Notes: a model not told the origin generated them from the letters alone. 64,000 nucleotides of DNA from Eledone cirrhosa (GCA_964016885.1 OZ024746.1:47244001-47308000), one strand, 5' to 3'; shown: positions 25,947 through 37,920, counted from the stretch's first letter. Numbers and translations are program-made.

Positions 25947-28545
25947 GGGGGATACCCTGCAACAACTCCAACTTCCTCAGTAAAGGCTCGAGAGTCAATA
26001 CGTACAGAAGGGAGGAGAGAGGGCACCCCTGTCGAATGGATCGTGTGATTTCGAACGGCTTCGAAAGGTAGCCGTTCACCTTGATCCTAGAACAGATGTG
26101 GTTGCTATGTAGGGCAGTGATCCAGCCTCTGAAAACAGGACCGAACCCAGCCGCCGCTAGCACCGCATCCAGGTAACCATGGTCGACCCTATCGAAGGCC
26201 TTAGACTGATCCAAGTTGATCAGGGCCCCACCGAAGGCGGGTTTGTTGCCAACCCTCTCTATGATGTATCGCATGAGGTGAAGGTTATCGTGAATGGACC
26301 TGGATGGGATAGCACATGTCTGCGCATCTCCCACCAGGCTACCCACGACAAGCGCCAACCTCTTTGCTAACACCTTGGCCAAAATCTTTAACTCTGTGTT
26401 TAGCAGGGTTATGGGCCGAAAATTATTTATACTATCCCTCTTGTTCTCGTTCTTCCTCACCAGCGTGACTACGCCCTTGGCTACAGAACAAGGAATTCTC
26501 CCGTTCTGCTGCCAATTGCAGTAGACCGCTTCGAGGAGTTCGGAGAAGAAGACCGGCATTGCTAAATAAAGTTCGTAAGGTATACCATCGAGACCTGGAG
26601 ATTTGCGTCTGCTGCATTGGCTCAGCGCATCTCCGATCTCATCAGCCGAGATTGGTCCCTCGCAGGACTCTGCCTCTTCGCTCGAGAGACGCGGCAAGCC
26701 GTCGAGGTATGGACCGAAATCCACGCCCCCGCCCGGACCCTCGCCTCCCCCGAACAATCGGGCAAAGTGCCTTTGAAAGGCCTCGCACATCTGCTTAGGC
26801 TCCCGGATCACCCGTCCATCTTCGTCTTGCAACGACCGGATGGTGGATAGATTTCCACTCTTAGCTTCTGTCACGCGGGCCCATCCAACGGCTTTGGCCC
26901 CCTCATTACCTAGAGCACGTATTTTACTTCGAATGACGCAGCCTTCGTGCTGGATTATTGTAAGGATTATTGTATATGAGTTCATTTAATTTATTATTGT
27001 TTCTGTTGATGTAAGTATAGTGTAATGTCTTTTTTTCGGATGGTGTGAGTGTTTCGAAGAGGGGAGGGGCAGGTTTGGTTTTGTTTGTTGCTGGAGGGGT
27101 GTTTTCTGTTTTGTTGGATTGTGTTGAGATTTGGGTGGGGGTTGTTTGTCCTTGTGTGTTTTGCACATGTTTTCTTTTTTTCCTTTTAATCTGTCTGAAG
27201 GACTCCGTTTCTTCCTCCGAATTCGTTGGGTTATCTTCAGTGTTGGAGGGAAGAGGTATGTTTGCTGGTAATGTTTCCGTGTTGGTTTTCTTTGTGGGGG
27301 AGATGGATGTCACTATGTTAGACTGTGTTATGTGTTGTGTCTGCGGTGGTTGTGTTGTTTTATTGAGTGAGAGGTTGGGTGGGCCTGTATTTTGTTTTGG
27401 GGTAATGTGTTGTGACTGTTTGTGTTGTGGTGGTGTTGTGGTTTTACTGAGGGACGGGTTGGGTGGGACTGAGTTTTGTTGTTTGTTTATCTGTTGTGGT
27501 GGTGGTGGTGAAGCTGGTGTTGGTAGCAGGGTTTTCTTTTTGTTGAGTTGGGGACAAGCGGCCTTCAGGTACCCTCTGCCTCCACAGATATGGCAGGACG
27601 GCCTTGTCCCCTCCACGCTAATGTTTATATACCCGTGGTCCTCTAATAGGATTCTGTCGGGTATTTGGGCGATGCGTTCAGGCTTCATTTGTACTACCAG
27701 CTCTATACCTGTTCCACTGAACGCATTGCCTGTGGTTTTCCCAATGGAAATCACGTTGTCATTCACTGGATCGATGAAGCCAGCTATGAGCCAGCAGTAG
27801 TCCACATCTGGCATCATTGCATCCAGCCATATGCGTTGAGTTCTTTTCCCCATATAAGATGGATAAAAGGTGAAATTTTTCGAACGAATCGGTGACAAAG
27901 CACATTTTTTTGCCGCCGATTCGTTCTTCATGATAATTGCTAGGCTTCCATACAGTCTGTCTTTTCTTATGAAAATGGTTTCATTAAGTACTTCTGTGAG
28001 TACTGTTTTGATATCTGCTTGAGAAGGCTGTTCAGGTTTTTTTGTACTGTTGTTGATGGTCCGAAACTTGACCGTTCGGCTTTCAATGTCTTTCGTGAAT
28101 TCTTGAGGCATTTTTACCGATAAAATACCATTCTCTCCTTCACTTATGTATTGTTTGGCGTCCGTGATCCATCGTGCCACATCTGAAATGTTTTCCGCTA
28201 TATAAGTCAAAGATTTCTTTGTTTTCTGTGCAAATGAAATCTTGTCGTCTGCTTTGTTTTCTGATATGGTGTTATTTTCAAATGTTATTTTTGTGTTTGT
28301 TGTGTCTTTGTTTGTGTTATTAGTATTGTCATGCAATTTTTCAAATTTTTTTTTTTCGTTGTTGGAATCCAAGTCCAGATTTGTGTTTTCGTCATTTTTT
28401 TTTTCTCCGCAGATTCGTCTGTTTTTATTTTAATTTTTCCTTCCTTCTCTATGACGTTAGTTGGGAAGGAAGGGGGGACTAAAGCGTGCGAGCTTACAAC
28501 TCTTACCGCTGTCACCCCACCACTATTTTCGTTCGCTGCGTTTAA
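25947..28545 (-). mobile_element. Tx1 copy B: 5' UTR, ORF1 and partial RT; APE deleted; 3' part missing
   Basis: Highly similar to copy A; ORF1 is joined to HEGCVIRSK at ~26950; sequence stops at GGGGGATACCC. Confidence 0.9.
26924..28372 (-). CDS. Tx1 ORF1 (482 aa, C-terminus altered by the deletion)
   Basis: Open frame with a CHICGGRGYLKAAC knuckle variant and a Pro/Gln/Thr-rich tail. Confidence 0.75.
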   Translation of the reverse strand: MDSNNEKKKFEKLHDNTNNTNKDTTNTKITFENNTISENKADDKISFAQKTKKSLTYIAENISDVARWITDAKQYISEGENGILSVKMPQEFTKDIESRTVKFRTINNSTKKPEQPSQADIKTVLTEVLNETIFIRKDRLYGSLAIIMKNESAAKKCALSPIRSKNFTFYPSYMGKRTQRIWLDAMMPDVDYCWLIAGFIDPVNDNVISIGKTTGNAFSGTGIELVVQMKPERIAQIPDRILLEDHGYINISVEGTRPSCHICGGRGYLKAACPQLNKKKTLLPTPASPPPPQQINKQQNSVPPNPSLSKTTTPPQHKQSQHITPKQNTGPPNLSLNKTTQPPQTQHITQSNIVTSISPTKKTNTETLPANIPLPSNTEDNPTNSEEETESFRQIKRKKRKHVQNTQGQTTPTQISTQSNKTENTPPATNKTKPAPPLFETLTPSEKKTLHYTYINRNNNKLNELIYNNPYNNPARRLRHSK

Positions 28546-28779
28546 CATTTCTGTTAGACGATTGAAATTTTTTACACAAAATTTTTTAAAACAGGTTTTT
28601 CACCTCTAGGAGGGGTAAAGATGAGCTGACCCACCGCCTGACAGTTCAGACGGAGGGTCAAGCTACACAATTGTATCAAAATTAAGTTTGAACTCACAAA
28701 ATTTCCTCAATAAATTTGAACAAAACTTCTGTGCGAAGTGAATGACATCCACACTGTAGAACAGACGACAGCTAGATTA

Positions 28780-28780
<1 letters not shown>

Positions 28781-28853
<73 letters not shown>
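28781..28853. repeat. (GATA)n microsatellite
   Basis: Direct reading. Confidence 0.95.
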
Positions 28854-28854
<1 letters not shown>

Positions 28855-28855
28855 T

Positions 28856-28948
28856 CTTTCTTTATTTGCCACAAGGGCGTACAAGAAATGGGACATTACA
28901 AGACGGTGGGGGTTTTACATAAAAATCGTATAAACTTTAACATAAATC
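28856..28948 (-). mobile_element. ~90-bp 3' tip of a third Tx1 subfamily
   Basis: TTTCTTTATTTGCCACAAGG..GGGACA..TACAA resembles the 3' ends of copies A, C, D and E; flanked by GATA repeats. Confidence 0.65.
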
Positions 28949-28960
28949 GATAGATAGATA

Positions 28961-31536
28961 TGTTTCTTTATTAGCCACAGGAGCACAAAAGAAGGGGACA
29001 AATACAAAGGGGAAGTTTACATATAATAAAAATGTGTAAAATATTATCACAAATGCAATTTAAAAATTAGTCGATTTTCCCCAAAAGGGGGAGACATTAC
29101 ATATGGGTAACACATACCCCCGAAAAAAATGTGCAGCCTTCATCTCCAGAAGTACGAAGAGTTTGTACTCCTTTCCTCTACTCCTCTTTTTCCTCAACCT
29201 ACAGGCTGATATAGAGAGAAGGCCCATTCACTCGGGCCATTCTCGCCTCTTTCACCCACCTTTCATGAAACTTGCTAGGGTAGAGCACCTCTCTCTCCAT
29301 CCTGATTCTTCTTCCAGAGTGGTATTTGAAAAAAAGAATCAGTTGTTGGCCGGAGAGAAAGGTGTCTGACCTCAGCCCTTTCAACCTTGTCCACCATACA
29401 ACCTCTTTCGACATAGCTATCATACAAAGGAAAACCGCCTCTCCTTCGTTTTTGAAGGAGGGTGGCGGTTTGATCATGACAATGGATTCGGTGGTCAACC
29501 GGATTGGTCCCACCCGCGACAATAGTCGTTCTACATAGCCCCACAGGTCGGTGACGCCCGAGCAGTGTATGAATGCGTGCGCGACGGTTTCTTCGTCTCG
29601 CACGCACCTCGGACAGATCTTTTTTGCAGGGTCCCTGCCCGGGCGTCCATCTCTGTAGAGCTTGTCTCAAACTGGTAGGGCTCCTCGGTAGCACTGCCAG
29701 GCCAGGGACTATTGGAAGTTGTCCATCGGTCCCGGGCGGAAGGTCCTACCGAACAGACTGGCCAGTTCGTCTTCCTCTACGCCTAGAGTTTCACCGAGCA
29801 CGTCGTCGCACTTGCTGCGGATCAACCCTCTATAGAATGAAGAAGTGGAGTCCCCACTGATCGCCGCGTCCGCCTGCTAGAGGGCTGTGAGCGCCTGAGC
29901 ACATTCGATGTGCCAGTCGCCCATTTTCCTCGGTCTTTGCTTGAATAAGGACGGCAGCTCGGTCAGCGAGACGAGTCGTGGGAAGGTTCGCCTCACGAAC
30001 GGGACCCACACCGTTTGTCCGGTGAGGAATACGTAGAGATGCCGTAGCCTGAGCGCGTGTTTTTGCATCGTCAGCCACGGCATCCCCATCCCTCCGTTGG
30101 AAGGGTGTTGGCAACAGATGGATCTTCTCACCAAAGGAGCCCGCCTCTTCCAAAGGAATTGGAAGAGCGCGCGCTCCATTTTGGGGAGCGTTTTGGCTGG
30201 ACAAGGCACGACGGTCAAGCAGTAGTAGATGACGGACGCTATAAAAGTGTTCGCCACCTCCGCTCGACCTTTCAAGGATAGTTTGCACTCGGCCCACTTC
30301 TGGGCGAGTGCAAACACCTTGGCCGTCACCTCGTTCCAGTTCTTCTCCACCTGGAGGTCCGGACCAAACCAGACTCCGAGCAGCTTTACCGGTCCTTCCG
30401 TCCAGCGTAGGACGACGCCATCGGAATGCATCGGTTTGCCTCTCCACGATCCGAGTTGCAAACCGATGGACTTGTCCCGGTTCAGCTTCGCTCCTGTGAA
30501 CCTTTCGTATTCCTTCAGTAAGGTGCCGACTTCCTCGATTTGCGAGGCGCTCGACACCATTACTGTCACGTCGTCGGCGTAGGCCGACGCCACTTTCCGC
30601 AGTCTCGGTTCCAGTGGGATGCCCTGCAATAGCTCCAACTTCCGCAGTGGTGGCTCGAGAGTCAGTACGTACAGAAGGGAGGAGAGAGGGCATCCCTGTC
30701 GAATGGATCGCGTGATATAGAGGTAGCCGTTCACCTTGACCCTTGAGCAGATGTTGCTGTTGTACATTGCAGCAATCCAGCCCCTGAACACAGGTCCGAA
30801 GCCTGCCGCCTCGAGCACCGCATCCAGGTAACGATGGTCAACCCTATCGAAAGCCTTACACTGATCCAAGTTGATCAGGGCCCCACCGAAGCCGGGTTTA
30901 CAACCCACCCTCTCTATGATGTATTGCATGAGGTGGAGGTTGTCGTGTATGGACCTGGTCGGGATTGCGCATGTCTGCGCTTTTCCTATCAGGTTCTCGA
31001 CGAAAAGCGCCAGCCTCTTTACCAACACCTTGGGCAACTTCCGGCCCATAACTCTGTGTTTAGCAGAGTTATGGGCCGGAGGTTGCCTATGTCATCCCCC
31101 TTATTCTCGTCCTTCCTGACTAGTGTGACTACGCCCCCGGTCACAGAACTGGGAATTGTCCCCTTCTGTTGCCAGTTGCAGTAGACCGCTTCCAGGAGAC
31201 CGGAGAATAAGTCCGGCATTGCTACGTAAAATTCGTGGGGTAGACCGTCGAGACCTGGAGATTTTCGTTTGCCGCATTGGCTCAGCCCCTCCCCTATCTG
31301 GGCGGCTGAAATCGGCTTTCACAGAACTTTGCCTCCCTGTCCGAGAGTCGCGGTAGGCCGTCGAGGTATGGACCGAAATCCACAGCCCCTCCCGGCTCGC
31401 TGCCCTGCCAGAGCAGCTGAGCAAAGTGCCGCTGAAAGGCCGCACACATCTGCTTCGGCTCACGTACACGCGTCCGTTTTGGTCCTTGAAAGACCGAATC
31501 GTGGACTTGTTGCCACTTTTTGCCTCCGTCACTCGG
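28961..31536 (-). mobile_element. 5'-truncated Tx1 copy C (second subfamily, frameshifted RT)
   Basis: ORFs 29877-31049 (QGCPLS, YADD) and 29199-29603; GATA repeats on both sides. Confidence 0.9.
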
Positions 31537-31551
31537 ATAGATAGATAGATA

Positions 31552-34100
31552 TGTTTCTTTATTAGCCACAGGAGCACAAAAGAAGGGGACAAATACAAAG
31601 GGGAAAGTTTACATACAATAAAAACGTGTAAAATATTATCACAATTGCAATTTAAAAATTAGTCGATTTTCCCCAAAAGGGGGAGACATTACATATGGGT
31701 AACACATACCCCCGTAAAAATGTGAAACCCTCATCTCCAGGAGTACGAAGAGTTTGTACTCCTTTCCTCTCCTCCTCCTTTTCCTCAACTTACAGGCTGA
31801 TATAGAGAGAAGGCCCATTCACACGGGCCATTCTCGCTACTTTCACCCACCTTTCATAAAACTTGCTGGGGTACAGCACCTCTCTCTCCATCCTGATTCT
31901 TCTTCCAAAGTGGTATTTGAAAAAAAGAATCAGTTGTTGGCCGGAGAGAAAGGTGTCTGTCCTCAGCCCTTTCAACCTTGTCCACCATACAACCTCTTTC
32001 GCCATAGCTATCACACAAAGGAAAACCGCCTCTCCTTCGTTTTTGAAGGCGGGTGGCGGTTTGATCATGACAATGGACTCGGTGGTCAACCGGATTGGTC
32101 CCACCCGCGACAATAGTCGTTCTACATAGCCCCACAGGTCAGTGACGCCCGGGCAGTGTATGAATGCGTGCGCGACGGTTTCTTCGTTACGCACGCACCT
32201 CGGACAGATCTTTTTTGCAGGGTCCCTGCCTGGGCGCGCATGTCTGTAGAGCTTGTCTTGAACTGGTAGAGCTCCTCGGTAGCAATACCAGGCCAGGGAC
32301 TTTTGGAAGTTGTCCATCGGTCCCGGGGGGGAAGGTCCTACCGAACAGACTGGCCAGTTCATCTTCCTCTACGCCTAGAGTTTCACCGAGTGCGTCGTTG
32401 CACTTGCTGCGGATCAACCCTCTATAGAATGACAAAGTGGAGTCTCCACTGATCGCCGGGTCCGCCTGCCAGAGGGCTGTGAGCGCCTGAGCACATTCGA
32501 TGTGTCAGTCGCCCATTTTTGTCGGTCTTTGCTTGACCCAGGACTGCAGCTCGGTCAGCGAGACGAGTCGTGGGAAGGCTCGCCTCACGAACGGGGCCCA
32601 CACCGTTTGTCCGGTGAGGAATACGTAGAGATGCCGTAGCCTGAGCGCGTGTTTGCGCATCGTCAACCACGGCATCCCCAGCCCTCCGTTAGAAGGGTGT
32701 TGGCAGCAGATGGATCTTTTCACCAAAAGAGCCCGCCTCTTCCAAAGGAATTGGAAGAGCGCGCGCTCCATTTTGGAGAGCGTTTTGGCTGGACAAGGCA
32801 CAACGGTCAAGCGGTAGTAGATGGCGGACGCTATAAAAGTGTTCGCCACCTCCGCTCGACCTTTCAAGGATAGTTTGCACTCGGCCCACTTCGTTCCAGT
32901 TCTTCTCCACCTGGAGGTCCGGACCAAACCAGACCCCGAGCAGCTTTACCCGTCATTCCGTCCAGCGTCCGACGACGCCATCGGTTTGCCTCTCCACGAT
33001 CCCAGTTGCAAACCGATGGACGAGTCCCGGTTCAGCTTCGAACCTGTGAAACTTTCGTATTCCTTCAGTAAGGTGCCGACTTCCTCGATTTGCGAGGCGC
33101 TCGACACCATTACTGTCACGTCGTCGGCGTAGGCCGACGCCGCTTTCCGCAGTCTCGGTTCCAGAGGGATGCCCTGCAATAGCTCCAACTTCCGCAGTAG
33201 TGGCCCGAGAATCAGTACGTACAGAAGGGAGGAGAGAGGGCATCCCTGTCGAATGGATCGCGTAATATGGAACGGCTCCGAGAGGTAACCGTTCACCTTG
33301 ACCCTTGAGCAGATGTTGCTGTTGTGCATTGCAGCAATCCAGCCCCTGAACAAGGGTCCGAAGCCTGCCGCCTCGAGCACCGCATCCAGGTAACGATGGT
33401 TAACCCTATCGAAAGCCTTACACAGATCCAAGTTGATCAGGGCCCCACCGAAGCCGGGTTTACACCCTACCCTCTCTATGATGTATCGCATGAGGTGGAG
33501 GTTGTCGTGTATGGAGCTGGTCGGGATTGCGCATGTCTGCGCTTTTGCTACCAGGTTCTCGGCGACAAGCGCCAGCCTCTTTGCCAACACCTTGGGCAAC
33601 TTCCGGCCCATAACTCTGTGTTTAGCAGAGTTATGGGCCGGAAGTTGCCTATGTCATCCCCCTTATTCTCGTCCTTCCTGACTAATGTGACTACGCCCCC
33701 GGTCACAGAACTGGGAATTCTCGCGTTCTGTTGCCAGTTGCAGTAGACCGCTTCCAGGAGACCGGAGAATAAGTCCGGCATTGCTACGTAAAATTCGTAG
33801 GGTAGACCGTCGAGACCTGGAGATTTGCGTTTGCCGCATTGGCTCAGCGCCTCCCCTATCTCGGCGGCTAAAATCGGCCTTTCACAGAGCTTTGCCTCCC
33901 TGTCCGAGAGTCGCGGTAGGCCGTCGAGGTATGGACCGAAATCCACAGCCCCTCCCGGCGCGCCGCCCTGTCCGAACAGCTGAGCAAAGTGCCGCTGAAA
34001 GGCCGCACACATCTGCTTCGGCTCACGTATCACGCGTCCGTTTTGGTCCTTCAAAGACCGAATCGTAGACTTGTTGCCACTTTTTGCCTCCGTCACTCGG
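31552..34100 (-). mobile_element. 5'-truncated Tx1 copy D (same subfamily and same 5' end as C)
   Basis: ORFs 33548-34096, 32946-33611, 32505-32927 and 31790-32362. Confidence 0.9.
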
Positions 34101-34118
34101 ATAGATAGATAGATAGAT

Positions 34119-35751
34119 TTCTTTATTTACCATAAAGGCATAAAAAGAAGGGACAAATACAAAGGGGGAGTTTACATATAATCGAGTAAAAAGGGTGTAA
34201 CATGAAAATAATCGAAAATAACCTCAAAAGGGAGGGGACGTGATGGGGGTTGCACACACCCCCGAAAAAGTGTGCAATCCTTTGCCCGGGGAGCACATGG
34301 AGAAGGTGCTCCCCTCTCCTTTACTTCTTTACCTACAGGATGGTATACAGAGAAGGCCCATTTACACGAGCCATTCTCGCCACTATCACCCACCTTTCAT
34401 AAAACTGCCTGTGGCCAAGCACCTCTCTCTCCATTCTTATCCTTCTTCCGAAGTGATATCGGAAGAAGTAGACCAGACTATGGCCAGAGAGGAAGTTGCC
34501 TGACCTCAGACCTTTCAATCGTGTCCACCAAACAACCTCTTTCAACATGGCTATTACGCACAGAAAAACCGCCTTTGCTTCCTTTGTGAAGAGGGGAGGC
34601 GGTTTGATTGTCATCACGGACTCGGCGGTCAATTTAATCGGCGCCACCCGCGACAGCAGTTGTTCGGCGTAGCCCCACAGATCAGCCACGCCCGGACATT
34701 GCACCAATGCGTGCGCTACAGTTTCTTCCTGACGCACGCATCTAGGGCAAATCTTTTTTGAGGGATCCCTGCCCGGGCGCCCGTGTCTGTAGAGCCTCTC
34801 TCGAACGGGTAGAGCCCCTCGGTAGCACTGCCAGGCCAGTGACTTCTGGAAGTTGTCCATTGGTCCTGGGCCGAAAGTCCTACCGAACAGGCTGGCCAGT
34901 TCGTCTTCTTCCATGTCCAGCGACTCTCCAAGGGTGTCATCGCCCCTGCTAGCCACCAGCCCTCTATAGAATGATGAGGTGGATTCTCCACCGATGGCCC
35001 GGCCCGCTTGCCAGAGAGCCCTGAGCGCCTGAGCACACTCAGTGTGCCAGTCTCCCAGTTTTCCGGATCTTTGCTTGACCCAGGACTGTAGCTCGGTGAG
35101 TGAGACGAGTCTCGGAAAGGCTCGTTTCACGAACGAAGCCCACACCGGTTGACCAGTGAGGAATACCTGTAGGTGCCGTAGCCTTAATGCGTGCCTACGC
35201 ATCATCAACCACGGCATCCCCAGCCCTCCTTTCGAAGGTTGTTGGCAGCAGATGGATCTTCTCACCATAGGAGGACGCTTCTTCCAAAGAAATTGGAAGA
35301 GCATGCGTTCCATGGTGGTGAGTGTTTCCTTAGGGCAAGGCATGACAGTCAGGCGGTAGTAAGTGACGGACGCTATGTAAATGTTCGCCACCTCCGCCCG
35401 GCCTTTTAGGGACAGCTTACACTTGGCCCATTTCTGGGTTAGTGCAAACACCTTGTTCGTAACCTCGTTCCAGTTCTTTTCCACCTGGAGGTCCGGTCCA
35501 AACCAGACCCCAAGCAACTTTACCGGGCCCTCCGTCCAGTGTCCGACGACACCGTCAGGAGGCATCGGTTTGCCTCTCCACGTTCCGAGTTGCAGCCCGA
35601 TGGATTTTTCCCGGTTCAGTTTCGCTCCTGACAACCTTTCGTACTCCTCCAGTAAGGTACCGATCGCCTCGATCTCCGAGTCGGTTGATGCCATTACTGT
35701 TACGTCATCGGCGTAGGCCGACACCGCTTTTTTCAATCCTGGTTCCAGGGG
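34119..35751 (-). mobile_element. 5'-truncated Tx1 copy E (subfamily of A; RT C-terminal 467 aa open)
   Basis: ORF 34333-35736; CTCGGATAGATAG.. on both sides is a likely TSD. Confidence 0.9.
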
Positions 35752-35756
35752 TCTCG

Positions 35757-35847
<91 letters not shown>
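35757..35847. repeat. (GATA)n microsatellite
   Basis: Direct reading. Confidence 0.95.
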
Positions 35848-35849
<2 letters not shown>

Positions 35850-36504
35850 AGGCGACAAAAAGGGATAAGGGTGCGGACAGTAACGTTGTGAGAGTTTAAA
35901 ATAGGATAAACAAAAATTGAGAAAGTGTAAAAATATACGTGCAAAATATATACTCAAAAATATAAACAATTTTTGTTCAGCGGGAAGATTTACGTCAAAA
36001 AGGAGACAGGATCAAACTTCTTCACACTTTATCAAGGTAGATTAAGAAAATAGAAGAAATAAGAAAAAGTGTAGAAACGATACGAAGCTGGAGAGCAGAT
36101 TTAATCTTCTATGTAAGTGTATAATGGGAAATTGCACTAAGAAGAACATATGATTGATATCTAGTTTAATATTAATGATTGTACATACTAATAAATTTTG
36201 TGTGTATACTCTTGTACATTAGATTATACTAAGGACACTCACGCATGCGCAGATAGCTATATACCCGCCCGACACACACTCTCACACACACACACATATA
36301 TACATATATGTATATATATATATATAATAAATACAATATCGGAGAAATTTTTTTAGCGATACTCCGGCCAAATTCCAACTCACTCAAAAAACATTAGGAA
36401 ATAAGTGATTAGATTCCTAATTATGCGTTTGGGGTGCTAACTAAAAGTATTGCGTGGAAAATTGGCTGTATTATTTTATATGAGACATATCGAATATATC
36501 TCTT

Positions 36505-36631
36505 CCCAGACGGACGTCTCGTTTCATTATAGGATTCCTACAATTTGGGTGAAATTTTACCAATTTATGTAGGAGCTTGTATACCATCAATAGATATATA
36601 TTCAAGTGGGCTCCTATAATTCATCAGTGGG
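36505..36631 (-). ncRNA. Type I hammerhead ribozyme candidate with a 95-nt branched stem II
   Basis: Minus strand reads CCCA-CTGATGA-ATTATAGGA..TCCTATAAT-GAAA-CGAGACGTCCG-TC-TGGG; lies in a ~345-bp insert between TA tracts. Confidence 0.75.
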
Positions 36632-36683
36632 TGCCCCAATAATACTAATATTGATAATCTAACCAACATCATATATATATATA

Positions 36684-36995
36684 TTAGAAAGTGAGGTTTT
36701 ATTACAAAATGAAAAATAACCGAGGTGTCCTACACGAGTAAAAGTATAAGGAAAAAAGATGAAATCGAAAATGCAACTGGAGTCTTATTTAAAACAAAAT
36801 ATATATAATTATTTGGTTCCTTTACCGGTTTCGAAGTTCTTCTGCTTTTCAAAAGTAGAGTTGAGATGAAATTGGAGTGAAAGCAACTGGTGCGTGTGTT
36901 TCTTATTGGCAACATGACCTTCCCAAAGCATAACAATATCGGTTTCAACACACGTTTTCAGATAAAGAATCTTGCTAAACAAATTCAGAAACGAA
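36684..36995 (+). mobile_element. Short (TA)n-embedded insert carrying the PLE family 1 3' tail
   Basis: 36877-36938 closely matches 1957-2018 (GTGAAAGCAACTGGTGCGTGTGTTTCTTATTGGCAACATGACC..). Confidence 0.7.
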
Positions 36996-37023
36996 ATATA
37001 TATATATATATATATAGATATAG

Positions 37024-37843
37024 ATAGAAAGATTTGAATGGATACAGTTTAGTTGAAAGGAATTTATTGACACGTGTTTCTATAACAGTTACATAACCTA
37101 AAACAGCTGCTATCTACAAACTTTTAGTTATGCAGACATTCAATATTTCAATGTTATTATTTACTGTCATTTCATCAGAATAATATTACTGAGGACCTAT
37201 TTAGTTTTTATAGAGAATATTAGGAGGGAGGGGTGAAGTTGTTAGAAGAATAGTTGAAGGAGTGGTTTTTCGATAGCAGTGAGTAATTAGATTCCCATCT
37301 GTTGTTTTGACATTTTTTATATATAATGTAACAACTTTAGCAGAAAAAGCTTGGACGCTCAGGGATAGCGATCAAAAGTTTACCCTAAAATGGGAAAAAT
37401 TAGCTAAAACCCAAAGCTTTTCCAGGAGCCAAAATTTCTGCAAATTGTGTAATCTTGAGATTTATTACATAATCACACACAAGAAGAAACTGCTGAATAA
37501 CAGAATTGAACGAACATTATTCTGCCGTCACAGAACTAAAACCCTTTTTTCCCACTACAAGCCGAATATTACATAAAAGAGGGACATCCCCCAACTATAT
37601 AAACCTTAATCTAGTTAGAAAAATATAAAAACAATCTCTTCTCAACATATATTAATAACCTTAAATTACCACACTAATAATGGAAAGATATGCTGATGAG
37701 AATAGGTGCAAATATGCGATAATGAATGTGTCTAAAAACGTCCATAAGTATGTATATATATGTGAAAATGTATATAAATAAGTAAATATATATATATGTT
37801 TGATGTGTATAGTTAGATGTAAGTGTATTCATGTATTAAAGTG

Positions 37844-37920
<77 letters not shown>

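Larger units (their letters stand above)
20371..25947 (-). mobile_element. Near full-length L1/Tx1-clade retrotransposon (copy A)
   Basis: ORF1 (CCHC knuckle), APE and RT in order; 3' AATAAA followed by (TATC)-like repeats. Confidence 0.93.

Noticed and set aside
20371-35751. Tx1 elements as tRNA-array-targeting (Dewa-like)
   Set aside because: None is inserted in or next to a tRNA unit; junctions are at GATA repeats more than 5 kb from the nearest tRNA
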